From the NCBI GenBank assembly GCA_021323455.1, contig JAJONN010000006.1, positions 32,722 to 96,721 on the forward strand: a stretch of DNA of 64,000 bases, given 5' to 3'. Made by a program: the position numbers and the translations under genes. Each line of letters opens with the position of its first letter. The first letter of the stretch is position 1. Shown piece by piece: positions 9,074-18,727 of the stretch. The notes beneath the pieces are model-generated. The model had not been told where the DNA came from, made no database searches, and worked only from the letters and a program-made list of their open reading frames with translations. This DNA is from Alphaproteobacteria bacterium (GTDB taxonomy: Bacteria; Pseudomonadota; Alphaproteobacteria; Paracaedibacterales; VGCI01).

Positions 9074-10505
9074 GTGCCTGGGCAATTTAACAATTTGAAA
9101 ACATATCCACTTTTCTGTCATGATACGGGTTCCGAAATCCTTGAGAGGGCGGTCCGCATGGACATCCGTTATCTACACCGCACAGCAAAAACGTGCCGCC
9201 AAGCTGGCCTTCAAAAGCTGCACGGCCCTGACAGCGACAAGAAAGCGGCTATGCGCCGGCGCATCCTTTTTTTATACCGCGTGGCGAAAGAACGCCGCCA
9301 AGTTTATGAGCAAGAGCGGCAACGCTATGCGTGGGAGCAACGGGCCCGTCCCAGCCAACGCCCTCCGGCTGGGAACTGGCGAACCTGGCTCATCCTTGCC
9401 GGACGGGGGTTTGGCAAAACCCGCACCGGCGCTGAAACCATACGGGGCTGGGTCAAGAGTGGCCGCTGCCGGCGCATTGCCTTGATCAGCAAAACCATGA
9501 GCGAAGCGCGTGCTGTCATGGTGGAAGGGATCAGCGGGCTTCTGGAAATCCACCCTCCGCAGGAACGCCCGGTCTTCCAGCGCACGCGCCAGCAACTTGT
9601 TTGGCCCAATGGTGCGGTGGCAACCCTTTATGGGGCGGATTCCTTTGACCGGTTGCGCGGCCCCCAGTTTGATGCGGTCTGGATGGATGAGCTGGCCAAG
9701 TTCCGGTACCCGGAAGAAGCCTGGAACCAGGTGATGCTCGGCTTACGCTTTGATCGAGAAGCTCCTGGCCCGCAGCGATGTGGCGGTTACGAAAGGGACA
9801 ACTTTTGAGAACCAGCCCAACCTGGCGCCGGCTTTCCTGGACCAGATCGTCAAGCAGTTTGACGGCACGCGCTTAGGCGTGCAGGAGCTTTATGCCGAAC
9901 TTTTGACAGAACGGCCAGGGGCCCTCTGGCGGCGGGATTTGATCCGGTACCAGGAGCCCTCTTATGATGAGGAAGGCCGCCCCATCCTGACGCGGATTGT
10001 CATTGCCATTGACCCGGCCACCACCCACCATGAAGACAGTGACGAAACGGGCATTGTCGTAGCAGGGTTGGGCAGCGACGCTTGCGTTTATGTGCTGGAC
10101 GACTTAAGCGGGCGCTTCAGCCCTGGGGATTGGGGACAACGGGTGTGCGACGCTTACGAACGCTTTAAGGCAGACCGGGTGGTTGCCGAAACCAACAAAG
10201 GGGGCGACCTGGTGGAGCGCCTGTTGAGGAGCATTGACCCAACCATCCCTTATAAGGCCGTGCGGGCAACACGGGGCAAGTTCACCCGCGCCGAGCCCGT
10301 TGCCGCCTTGTATGAACAAGGCCGCGTCTTCCATGCCCGCCCGTTCCCGTTACTGGAAAGCCAGATGTGCAGTTACCTCCCCGGCGCCTCAAAATCGCCC
10401 GACCGCCTGGACGCGCTCGTCTGGGCGGTGACAGATCTGCTGCTGGAAAGCGAGACGCAGCCGATCTTCAAGATATGGACGTTTGATCCCTATCGGGACG
10501 TCTAA
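9074..10505 (+). pseudogene. GTA/phage-type terminase large subunit, split by an internal deletion and frameshift
   Basis: ORF 9074..9808 carries WRTWLILAGRGFGKTRTGAETIRGWV...FDAVWMDELAKF...VMLGLR (RcGTA g2-like ATPase half). ORF 9750..10505, in a different frame, carries LIEKLLARSDVAVTKGTTFENQPNLAPAFLDQIVKQFDGTRLGVQELYAELL...IAIDPA...DETGIVVAG (nuclease half). The expected G..PR..TTTPRP segment between the halves is missing. Confidence 0.75.
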
Positions 10506-10557
10506 CGGCTGTTATGGGTCTCAACCGCTTATAGGAACCAGAATCAAACATGAATTG

Positions 10558-10727
10558 TAGGGCGTGTGATCAATTATCGTCTTTTGGACTGCAAATGGCG
10601 GTATCTTACGTTTCCGTTTCTCAAATACTCTCTATGTATTCTACAATACGGTTCTCGAAACCCACCATTTTAGCTTCGCTGACCTTCGGTTTGCCACAAA
10701 ATCCTTCAATTGATCACACGCCCTTAG
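10558..10727. repeat. MITE-like palindromic element, family C copy 1
   Basis: Terminal inverted repeats TAGGGCGTGTGATCAATT ... AATTGATCACACGCCCTTA. Internal long-range pairing AAATGGCGG/CCACCATTT. Conserved box CGGTTCTCGAAA. Track ORF 10550..10798 is just its translation. Confidence 0.65.
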
Positions 10728-10806
10728 AATGGACATATCCCAAGCCTGAGCCGATTAAGAGATTTAATCGGCTCAAGAATCAACTATTTTTGAGCTGATT
10801 AAGCTG

Positions 10807-11298
10807 TTACGCCGCTTTCAGGAAGCCCTCAAGCTTTTGGGTGGCACAGCTTTCATCAATTTTCTCAACGGCAGCAAGCTCGCGGACAAAGCGTTCCAGG
10901 GCAGCCTGGTAAATCTGGCGTTCGCTGTAAGACTGATCTGACTGGGTTGTTGCCCGATATAAATCACGGATGACTTCTGCGATAGACTTTGGGTCACCAG
11001 AATTGATCTTCGCCTCATATTCTTGAGCGCGGCGGCTCCACATGGCCCGGCGGGCCTTGGTGCGAATGGTCAACATTTGCAAAGCTTGCTTCATATCTTC
11101 TGAAGTACTCAAAGGGCGAAGACCTGCCGTTTTTGCCTTTGATAAGGGAAGGCGCAAGATCATGCGGTCTTTTTCAAAAGACACAACCAGAAGTTGAACC
11201 TCTATGTCGCCAATTGCCTGGGTTTCATGCCCAACAATTCGTCCAACACCGTGGGCTGGATAAACAACATAATCACCTTCATTAAACAGTTTTGCCAT
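10807..11298 (-). CDS. carD: CarD-family transcriptional regulator
   Basis: MAKLFNEGDYVVYPAHGVGRIVGHETQAIGDIEVQLLVVSFEKDRMILRLPLSKA is the CarD/TRCF RNAP-interacting domain. The ATG at 11298 is preferred to the track start at 11325. Confidence 0.85.
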   Translation of the reverse strand: MAKLFNEGDYVVYPAHGVGRIVGHETQAIGDIEVQLLVVSFEKDRMILRLPLSKAKTAGLRPLSTSEDMKQALQMLTIRTKARRAMWSRRAQEYEAKINSGDPKSIAEVIRDLYRATTQSDQSYSERQIYQAALERFVRELAAVEKIDESCATQKLEGFLKAA

Positions 11299-11416
11299 CA
11301 TTGAGATCGTCATTGTCAAACTCACTTTTCTTTCGGTTGAATTTAAGGACCTTTAACATTGCATAGGTACGGTGACCTATTCTTACAAGGAACCCTGATC
11401 GGGCCCTTATGGGACT

Positions 11417-11533
11417 TTAGGGTCTGTCATCACTTATCGTCTCTTTCTGCGATGCGGTTCTAGAGGTCTGCCATTTTGGCTTCGTTGGCCTTCGGTTCGC
11501 TTCAAAATCCCTTAGATTGATGACACACCCTAA
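11417..11533. repeat. MITE-like element, family C copy 2 (internally shortened)
   Basis: TTAGGGTCTGTCATCACTTATCG ... GATTGATGACACACCCTAAA. Contains GCGGTTCTAGAGG and GCTTCGTTGGCCTTCGGTTCGC, both shared with copies 1 and 4. Same orientation as copy 1, so carD is bracketed by two direct copies. Confidence 0.6.
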
Positions 11534-11545
11534 ATTTTGAGGTGT

Positions 11546-11881
11546 TTAATTCGGAGGCTTTTCACTAAAATATTCCTGAAATTTATTCTTGACGGTTAAC
11601 CATTGGTCGGCATCTTCCGGCGGCGTCCCTTTGCGGGTAATATTAGGCCATTTCCCCCCGGCATACTGACGATTTATTTCAACCCATTGCTCTGACCCTT
11701 GCGCTGTGTCGGGCATAATAGCCTCTGCCGGACACTCCGGCTCACAAACGCCGCAATCAATACATTCATCTGGATTGATCACAAGCATGTTTTCCCCTTC
11801 GTAAAAACAATCGACGGGACATACCTCGACACAATCCATATATTTACATCTGACGCAAGCTTCTGTAACAACGTAAGTCAT
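11546..11881 (-). CDS. fdxA: 7Fe ferredoxin (3Fe-4S/4Fe-4S), FdxA type
   Basis: [55 protein letters not shown]. This is the canonical Azotobacter-type cysteine pattern. Confidence 0.9.
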   Translation of the reverse strand: MTYVVTEACVRCKYMDCVEVCPVDCFYEGENMLVINPDECIDCGVCEPECPAEAIMPDTAQGSEQWVEINRQYAGGKWPNITRKGTPPEDADQWLTVKNKFQEYFSEKPPN

Positions 11882-11990
11882 TGCAAGTCTTTTTTGTTAT
11901 TGCGCTCTATCCAATACAATAACGCGCTCTCTTCATAACACCTTGAGCTATTTATATACCATAATTTTAACGGATAAACAATGTTATATT

Positions 11991-12740
11991 TCAATAAGCA
12001 ATGCTTTTTAAATACAAGCCTTGCGGGGGCGCTGTGGGGCCGCTGGCGCGGCGGTCCCGGGTTTCTAAAATTGACGGGATATCCTTCACCGCCAAGCGAC
12101 CCTCCCCAACCCGTTTGAGGGTGCCCATCATAATGCGGACCTGGTTGTGCAAAAAAGAGCGGGAGGCAACCTGGGCTGTGATCGCGGTTCCCCCCGGCAT
12201 TGTCACATAGCTGATGTCAAAAGCATCAAGCGTTTTCACAGGAGACGGCGACTGGCACCGCGTTGCCCGAAAGCTGGTAAAATCATGGCGGCCCAAAAGA
12301 TGGTTAGCTGCCGCTTGCATTTTTTCAACATCTAAGGGCGGGATCACGTGCCAGGCCTGATTGGCCTCTAACGTCAGGGGCGCTCGCCGGTTAAGGATTC
12401 GGTACTCATAAACGCGACCTGTCGCTGAAAATCGCGCATGAAAGTCAGGGGGCACAATTTCAGCACGCAAGATAACGACGCCCTGGTTGCGTAAATAATG
12501 GTTTAACCCGTCGCAGATGCGCCAGAGTGGAACCGCAGGGGATAAATCAACATGGGCAACTTGCCCCAGGGCGTGTACGCCCGCATCGGTGCGCCCTGCG
12601 CCTTCAACGAGGGTTTTTTCCTGAAACAAGGCGGTGATGGCTTCCTCAATGGCCTGCTGGACAGACGGTTGCTTGCGTTGGCGTTGCCAGCCGCTAAATC
12701 GGTTCCCCTCGTACTCAACCGTTAGCTTATAGCGGGGCAT
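11991..12740 (-). CDS. truA: tRNA pseudouridine(38-40) synthase TruA
   Basis: [21 protein letters not shown]...[19 protein letters not shown]...FLHNQVR. Confidence 0.9.
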   Translation of the reverse strand: MPRYKLTVEYEGNRFSGWQRQRKQPSVQQAIEEAITALFQEKTLVEGAGRTDAGVHALGQVAHVDLSPAVPLWRICDGLNHYLRNQGVVILRAEIVPPDFHARFSATGRVYEYRILNRRAPLTLEANQAWHVIPPLDVEKMQAAANHLLGRHDFTSFRATRCQSPSPVKTLDAFDISYVTMPGGTAITAQVASRSFLHNQVRIMMGTLKRVGEGRLAVKDIPSILETRDRRASGPTAPPQGLYLKSIAY

Positions 12741-13669
12741 GGCAAAATAGACCCGACAGGTAAGGAATAGCCCCGCAGGAAGGTTGCGGCGTCCAAGGCT
12801 GTCCCGCCTGGGCGCTGAAGGATTTTGATGCGTAAAGCCCCTTCACCGCACGCAATGGTCAGTTGATCATCGAGAACGGTTCCTGGCTCTCCCGTGATAT
12901 GGGTGATAGCTTCTGCGGCCAGAACTTTTAACCGCACGCCCTCATGCTCAAACCAGACACCAGGCCAGGGCGTGAATGCTTGAATTTTTCGCACCCAGCC
13001 AACCGCTGAAGAGCGCCAGTGTATCTGGCCTTCTTCCCGCTTAAGCTTCCCTGCATAAGTTACGCCCTCTATCGGTTGGGGCAGGGGGTGCAAAGCACCT
13101 GTAGTATACCCTTCCAGGGCTTCAAGAAGAAGATCCCCCCCCATTGCGGACAGGGCATCATGAAGGTCTTTGGCTGTCGTGTCAGCCCGCAGGGGTATGC
13201 TTTTTTTGAGAAGCATGGGTCCTGTATCCAGACCGGCATCCATTTTCATAATGGTCAGCCCTGTGTCTTGGTCACCGGCTTCAATCGCTCGCTGGATGGG
13301 GGCTGCCCCACGCCATCTTGGTAAGAGGGAGGCATGGACATTCAGGCATCCCAGGCGTGGTGCCTCTAAAATGATTTCCGGCAAGATGAGTCCATAAGCA
13401 ACAACGATTGCCAGGTCAGCGTGATGGGAGGCAAAAAGGGCCTGGTCTTCTTCATTCTTGAAATGGAGGGGGGTCAAAACGGGTATGCCTTCGGTGGCCG
13501 CGCGTTGGTGAACAGCACTTCGTTGAACCTGATAACCGCGGCCACCCGGGCGGGGCGGCTGAGAATAGACAGCAACGACATGATGGCGACTATCCAGCAA
13601 CGCTTGAAGGGTCGGGACGGAAAAAGCTGGTGTCCCCATAAAAATTAATCGTAAAGGGGGGGTGTCCAT
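12722..13669 (-). CDS. fmt: Methionyl-tRNA formyltransferase
   Basis: [19 protein letters not shown]...VVAYGLILP...[20 protein letters not shown]. Conserved def-fmt order. Confidence 0.9.
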   Translation of the reverse strand: MDTPPLRLIFMGTPAFSVPTLQALLDSRHHVVAVYSQPPRPGGRGYQVQRSAVHQRAATEGIPVLTPLHFKNEEDQALFASHHADLAIVVAYGLILPEIILEAPRLGCLNVHASLLPRWRGAAPIQRAIEAGDQDTGLTIMKMDAGLDTGPMLLKKSIPLRADTTAKDLHDALSAMGGDLLLEALEGYTTGALHPLPQPIEGVTYAGKLKREEGQIHWRSSAVGWVRKIQAFTPWPGVWFEHEGVRLKVLAAEAITHITGEPGTVLDDQLTIACGEGALRIKILQRPGGTALDAATFLRGYSLPVGSILPCPAIS

Positions 13670-14181
13670 CAGTATTTACGGGCTTTCATGAGTTTGCGCA
13701 CCATAATTTCCCGCTTCAGACGGGAGAGGTGGTCAATGTACAGGATGCCATCCAGGTGGTCAATTTCGTGCTGGATGCATCTGGCCAAAGGGCCATCTTC
13801 CTCTATTTCAACCAGCTTGTTGTGCTCGTTTAAATAGCGGATCTTGATGCTGGTGGGACGCCCTACAGCGGCATACAGGTTCGGTACGGACAGGCAAGCT
13901 TCATCCACAAACGCTGTTTCTTCGGAAGCCCATAAGACTTCCGGGTTGGCAAGCTTCATCACACGGGGTGGCTTGCCGTTCTCCCCTGCATGGAGGTCAA
14001 TCACGATGATCCGCTTGTCGATGCCGACTTGTGTCGCCGCAAGGCCCATGCCGTCACTGGCATACATGGTTTCCAGCATATCGTCCATAAGACGACGCAC
14101 TTCTTCATCCACACGCTCGACAGGTTCTGCTTTTATTTTCAGGCGGGGGTTGGGCGCTGTTAAAACAGGCAGGAGGGCCAT
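13669..14181 (-). CDS. def: Peptide deformylase
   Basis: [17 protein letters not shown] and QHEIDHLDG, the three deformylase motifs. Confidence 0.92.
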   Translation of the reverse strand: MALLPVLTAPNPRLKIKAEPVERVDEEVRRLMDDMLETMYASDGMGLAATQVGIDKRIIVIDLHAGENGKPPRVMKLANPEVLWASEETAFVDEACLSVPNLYAAVGRPTSIKIRYLNEHNKLVEIEEDGPLARCIQHEIDHLDGILYIDHLSRLKREIMVRKLMKARKY

Positions 14182-14534
14182 GGTCGATTGCTCTTTATCA
14201 TCAAAAGGGTTCTTAAGTATTACTTATGTATTTTTTGAATTTTATTCAAGTAAATTCTATATAGCAGCCACATTCAAGGATGAAGCGCCCATTTTTTAGG
14301 AGGCGATTTCAAGGCTGAAGTGCCAAAAATATACCACTCAGGGCGCTTATACTCGCCTTAGGATTGTCCCCTAATAAATCGTCCCTGACGCCTATCAGGA
14401 AGGCAAGCCGCCTTCTTCTTGCCACAAACGCGGGAAACCCCCTTATAGGGGAATTCGGTAACATAGGGGATTAAGGGAGGAATGTCTATTTTTTGCTTGG
14501 CATGCAAGACCGCCACACCTCCCTAAAATTAATG

Positions 14535-16115
14535 TTAAGACCTACGGTATTTGACAGTACAGCCATTGGCAGCGAAAGTGAAGTCGTTAAGATATTTAAT
14601 ATTATCGACATGTTCCACCTCAAGGAGTCGCAAATTGGGTATTATACCCAGATGCCGCAAACCAACATCCGTAAGGTCATAACCTGACAAAGCAAGATGC
14701 TGAAGGCTAGACATGGTACCCAGATGCCGCAAACCATCATTCGTAACTTGGTCACAACCTGACAAATCAAGGTACCGGAGGCTAGACATGGCGCCTAGAT
14801 GTTGCAAACCATCATTCGTAACTTGTTCACAATGTGACAAATCAAGGTACCGAAGGCTAGGTATGGCACCCAGATGCTGCAAACCAATATCCGTAACGCC
14901 AGGACCTGACACCCTAAGTTTCTGAATGCTAGACATAGCAGTCAGATACTGAAGACCTTCACCCGTGCCCTTTCTTAACCACAAAATAAGGTATTGAAGT
15001 TCAGACATGGCCTCCAGATGCCTCAAATCATCATCCGTAACGCGTTGACAATTTGACAAATCAAGGTACCGAAGGCTAGACATAGTACTCAGATACCGAA
15101 GACCTTCATCCGTAAAACTTATAAAGTTTGATAAGCTAAGGTGTTGAAGGTTAGGTATGGCACTTACATGCTGCAGACCTTTATTCGTAAATTCTTGACG
15201 TCTTGGTAATTCCAGATGCCGAAGGCCAGGCATAGCACTCAGACATTGAAGATTTTTATCCGTAAGATTGCCATTGTTTGACAAGTCAAGGCATTGAAGG
15301 TTAGGTAGGGCACTTACATACCGAATACTTTCATCCGTAAAACTTTTAAAGTTTGATACGCTAAGGTGTTGAAGGTTAGGTAGGGCACTTACATATCGAA
15401 GACCTTCACTCGTAAACGTACTACCTAACAAAGCAAGATGTTGAAGGTTAGGCATGGCACTTACATGCTGAAGAGCTTCATTCGTAAGCTTATAACCTGA
15501 CAAAGCAAGATGTTGAAGGTTAGGCATGGTGCTTACATATCGAATACCTTCATCCGTAACCTTGGAACAGGCGGCTACTTCAAGGCGTTTGAGGAAAGTC
15601 ATGGTGCTCACATGCTGAAGATCTTCATCAACAAGGTTATGAACATCCATAAGTCCAAGCCCTTGAAGTTTAGTCAAGGTAGCTAGATGGCATAGACTTT
15701 CTTTGGTTATAGTATGATAGTAAAGATGGAGTTCGAGCTTTTGAACTTTCAGCAAGTCCTCCTTATTCTCAAGTAGCCACACATTGTAATCGCCTGTTCT
15801 GGTAAAACTTCGGAATTCGCGGGCAGGTAGAAATTTGGTTTTGAGTGCATCCCTTATATGGGTACAGGTCAACGCGTAAGCGGTAAAGTTTCCAGCCTGG
15901 TCAGAATTTTCTATTTCAGCTCCTAAAGCATTTTCTATTTCATCTCCTAAAAACGTAGCAATTTTTGCAATCATGACTGCAGAAAACTGTGTCAGGTTAT
16001 GATTTTGAGAGGTTGGCGGTTTTGCCCTGTCACTATCTTCTGTGGAAAAGGACGGTGAAGATAAAGCCAACGCTGCTGCTATAGCAGAAAAATACGCATA
16101 GTTAAATATTTTCAT
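14535..16115 (-). CDS. Secreted leucine-rich repeat protein, cysteine-containing (FBXL/RNI-like) LRR type
   Basis: N-terminal signal-like MKIFNYAYFSAIAAALALSSPSFS. About 15 consecutive 24-25-aa units, for example LRYLDLSHCEQVTNDGLQHLGAMSS, LRYLDLSGCDQVTNDGLRHLGTMSS and LQHLSLSNFISFTDEGLRYLSTMSS. The ATG at 16115 is preferred to 16145. Confidence 0.8.
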   Translation of the reverse strand: MKIFNYAYFSAIAAALALSSPSFSTEDSDRAKPPTSQNHNLTQFSAVMIAKIATFLGDEIENALGAEIENSDQAGNFTAYALTCTHIRDALKTKFLPAREFRSFTRTGDYNVWLLENKEDLLKVQKLELHLYYHTITKESLCHLATLTKLQGLGLMDVHNLVDEDLQHVSTMTFLKRLEVAACSKVTDEGIRYVSTMPNLQHLALSGYKLTNEALQHVSAMPNLQHLALLGSTFTSEGLRYVSALPNLQHLSVSNFKSFTDESIRYVSALPNLQCLDLSNNGNLTDKNLQCLSAMPGLRHLELPRRQEFTNKGLQHVSAIPNLQHLSLSNFISFTDEGLRYLSTMSSLRYLDLSNCQRVTDDDLRHLEAMSELQYLILWLRKGTGEGLQYLTAMSSIQKLRVSGPGVTDIGLQHLGAIPSLRYLDLSHCEQVTNDGLQHLGAMSSLRYLDLSGCDQVTNDGLRHLGTMSSLQHLALSGYDLTDVGLRHLGIIPNLRLLEVEHVDNIKYLNDFTFAANGCTVKYRRS

Positions 16116-16565
16116 TTTACATACCTTTATTTTTAAAAATAACAATAATGATTTTTTGTTATGTAATTTAAGTAAGAATTTATTTATAAAAAAACAAGAG
16201 TTTTTTGTATAAATGAGGAAAAAATGTACAGGGCCGTAAAATCAAATTTTACCAAAAATATTTAAAAATCCATAATAATGTATTAACTTTTTGATAAAAC
16301 TAATTTTTATATTACTGCTGCTTTGCAGCGAATGTGAGAGACAATCAAACGCCACAATTATGACTATCCCAAAATAACTCACTACGCGCCTTCGGAAAAT
16401 CACGTTAAGTTGTTGTTTTTCAATAACTGCAATCCAGACTATGGATTCTAAACCACCTTCTAGTAAAATGTGATGTTACAGCCCTGCCTTGATAAAGAAG
16501 TGGCTATAAAAATTACATATCCATTTCTTCTTCAGTTCATGAGCCGTCTGCGGCGTTTTTATTGT

Positions 16566-16772
16566 TATACTAAGCATGGTCATAAAGTGAGGTTTTTATT
16601 CTGTGAAGCAATTTTCAGCCCCCCATTGCGAGGCCGCGAGCGCGTAAGTCCGTGGCGACCGTGGCAATCTCTTTGTTTTTAATCCCATAGAGATTGCCGC
16701 GTCGCTTCGCTCCTCGCAATGGCAGTGTCGGAGAAGATGAAAACCTCATTTTATGAACGCGCTTATTATAGC
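16566..16772. repeat. MITE-like long-hairpin element, family B copy 1 (complete)
   Basis: Ends TATACTAAGCATGGTCATAAAGTGAGGTTTT ... AAAACCTCATTTTATGAACGCGCTTATTATAGC. The arms contain CATTGCGAGG / CCTCGCAATGG and GGCAATCTCT / AGAGATTGCC. A family D fragment (TCATGAGCCGTCTGCGGCGTTTTT) abuts it at about 16530..16560. Confidence 0.65.
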
Positions 16773-16832
16773 TTGAATTTTTTATCGACCATCAACACTC
16801 GTCCATATATGACGCCCCCGTATGGAATTTGG

Positions 16833-18104
16833 TTATTTAATAACCTCCCCGCTTAACTGTGCCAAGAGGCCAATCACCGTTCCGCTCAGGCATGTTGCAA
16901 GGGTTCCGGCAAAAACGGATTTAACGCCCAGCGCTACAATTTCATCGCGCCGTTCGGGAACCATGGAGCCAATCCCGCCAATCATAATCCCAATCGCGGA
17001 GAAGTTGGCAAACCCACACAATGCATAGGTCATAATAAGGGCGCTCTGGGCGCTCAACTCACTGCGCGTTAATTTTGATAGCTCCAGAAAAGCCACCACT
17101 TCATTCAAGGCCGTCTTTGTTCCCAGCAGTTTTCCCGCAGTGGGCGCTTCTTCCCAAGGGATGCCCATAAGCCAGGTTACAGGGGCCATGATGTACCCCA
17201 AAAGGCGTTGCATGGTAATGGCCTCTCCTCCAACCGTGGGAAGACAGGCCAGCAGCGCATTCAGCAAGGACACAAGGGCAAGGGCCACAATCAACATGGC
17301 CATGACATGGAGGAAAATCGTCAAGCCATCTGAGGTCCCGCGGGAAACGGCATCCATCCAGTTGGAAAATTTGTAAGGGGCAACAAGCGTGCCAGACGTC
17401 ATCACGCCCTCATGGGGAACCATGATGCGGGATAAGGTGATGGCGGCCGGAATGCTGATGATGGAAGCCGTCAAAATATGGGCAATGGGGTTGGCGACCG
17501 TGCCTTCAAGGATCGAAGTATACAAGGCCATAACGCTTGCTGCCGTTGTTGCCATGCCACAGGTCATGACCGTAAACAGCTCACACCGGCTAAAATTCTT
17601 GAGGTAGGGCCGGACCAGCAAGGGCGCTTCCAGGTTGCCGAGAAATACTTTAGAAGCGGCTACAACGCCAAGGGCGCCGCCAATCCGTAACGTCCGTTGG
17701 AGGGCGAGAGAGAACAGGCGAACAATCGCGGGTAAGACTTGCCAGTGAAATAGCAACATGGAAAGGGCGCTCACCACCATAATGGTCGGCAGTGCCTGGA
17801 GGGCAAAAATAAAGGTGCTGGCCCCAGCATCAGGTGTAACGGTAAAGGGAACCGCACCGCCGCCTAAGTACCCAAACACAAATTGTGTCCCTGCCTGGGT
17901 AGCATGCTTCAACACTTCCACCCCTTTGCTCAAGCTTTCAAAAGCATACCGGATGAGGGGAAATTGCGTAATGATGACCGCAAGGCCAACTTGTAAACCC
18001 AGACCGAGGAGAATGTCGCGCTTTTGGACAGCCCGCCGATTTTCACTCAAAAGCCAGGCAACGCCCAGAAAAACAAAAATACCCGCTATGCCTTGTCCTG
18101 CCAT
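16833..18104 (-). CDS. Concentrative nucleoside transporter (NupC/CNT family)
   Basis: 423 aa and polytopic. N-terminus GIAGIFVFLGVAWLLSENRRAV and C-terminal ALCGFANFSAIGIMIGGIGSMVPERR are typical of NupC-family permeases. Confidence 0.8.
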   Translation of the reverse strand: MAGQGIAGIFVFLGVAWLLSENRRAVQKRDILLGLGLQVGLAVIITQFPLIRYAFESLSKGVEVLKHATQAGTQFVFGYLGGGAVPFTVTPDAGASTFIFALQALPTIMVVSALSMLLFHWQVLPAIVRLFSLALQRTLRIGGALGVVAASKVFLGNLEAPLLVRPYLKNFSRCELFTVMTCGMATTAASVMALYTSILEGTVANPIAHILTASIISIPAAITLSRIMVPHEGVMTSGTLVAPYKFSNWMDAVSRGTSDGLTIFLHVMAMLIVALALVSLLNALLACLPTVGGEAITMQRLLGYIMAPVTWLMGIPWEEAPTAGKLLGTKTALNEVVAFLELSKLTRSELSAQSALIMTYALCGFANFSAIGIMIGGIGSMVPERRDEIVALGVKSVFAGTLATCLSGTVIGLLAQLSGEVIK

Positions 18105-18279
18105 GGGTCAACTCCCCCCTGATTATTATCTGGTGTAGAGTATACGAAACCCTGCTCGAAAAGCGAGAAGAAAACTAAGGGTATGACAGGCAGGGGAGTG
18201 CAGGGACCAGGTGCCAGGATCCAGGCATCAGGAAGGCTGTCCCCTGGCTCCTGAACTCTGGGGCCTGATTCCTGGCATA

Positions 18280-18336
18280 CCCCTCACCCGCCATTTCGCT
18301 GGCGCTCATGGCGACCTCTCCCACAAGGGGAGAGGT
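18280..18336. repeat. REP-like element, family A half-unit
   Basis: CCCCTCACCCGCCATTTCGCTGGCGCTCATGGCGACCTCTCCCACAAGGGGAGAGGT. The same unit occurs at 19348..19404 and twice (inverted) in 35774..35931. Confidence 0.65.
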
Positions 18337-18383
18337 ATAAACAGCCCTGACTTTTAAGGGGCTAAAATTAAGTGAACACTGTA

Positions 18384-18604
18384 CTATACTAAGCGCGGTC
18401 ATAAAATGAGGTTTTCATCTTCTCCGCTTCCGTCATTGCGAGGAGCGCAGCGACGCGGCAATCTCAATGGGATAAAGACATAGGCGGCAATCTCAATGGG
18501 ATAAAGACATAGAGATTGCCACGGCCTTCGGCCTCGCAATGACGAGGTGCTGAAAATTGCTTTAGAGAACAAGAACCTCATTTTATGACCGCACTTAGTA
18601 TAGC
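18384..18604. repeat. MITE-like element, family B copy 2 (complete, with internal duplication)
   Basis: CTATACTAAGCGCGGTCATAAAATGAGGTTTT ... AACCTCATTTTATGACCGCACTTAGTATAGC. The central GGCAATCTCAATGGGATAAAGACATAG is tandemly duplicated. Confidence 0.65.
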
Positions 18605-18628
18605 TATGGCGCTGATACTTATGATGAC

Positions 18629-18727
18629 GACCTCTCCCCCAAAGGGAGAGGCCAGCAGCCCTTGTATTTTCCTCTGTTTTACCTTGGCTGTTCTATACGT
18701 CACTGACGTACAAAAGGGGTTTTTTTA
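18629..18727 (+). repeat. Third copy of the double-hairpin plus T-run unit
   Basis: GACCTCTCCCCCAAAGGGAGAGGCCAGCAGCCC...TATACGTCACTGACGTACAAAAGGGGTTTTTTT. Same architecture as 8594..8823. Confidence 0.55.

Noticed and set aside
10550-10798. 82-aa ORF between the terminase relic and carD
   Set aside because: It is exactly coincident with MITE family C copy 1, so it is a translation of a palindromic repeat.
14640-15600. Regularly spaced near-identical ~72-75-nt DNA repeats that could be mistaken for a CRISPR or tandem-repeat array
   Set aside because: They lie in frame inside one long ORF and encode the 24-25-aa LRR units. There are no unique spacers and no cas genes.
16470-18581. Small ORFs 16470..16682, 18175..18402 and 18399..18581 (also 23402..23677 and 35574..35894)
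   Set aside because: They are composed almost entirely of family A and B repeat sequence (SPLVGEVA and RLPRRCAPRNDG pseudo-peptides), not independent genes.
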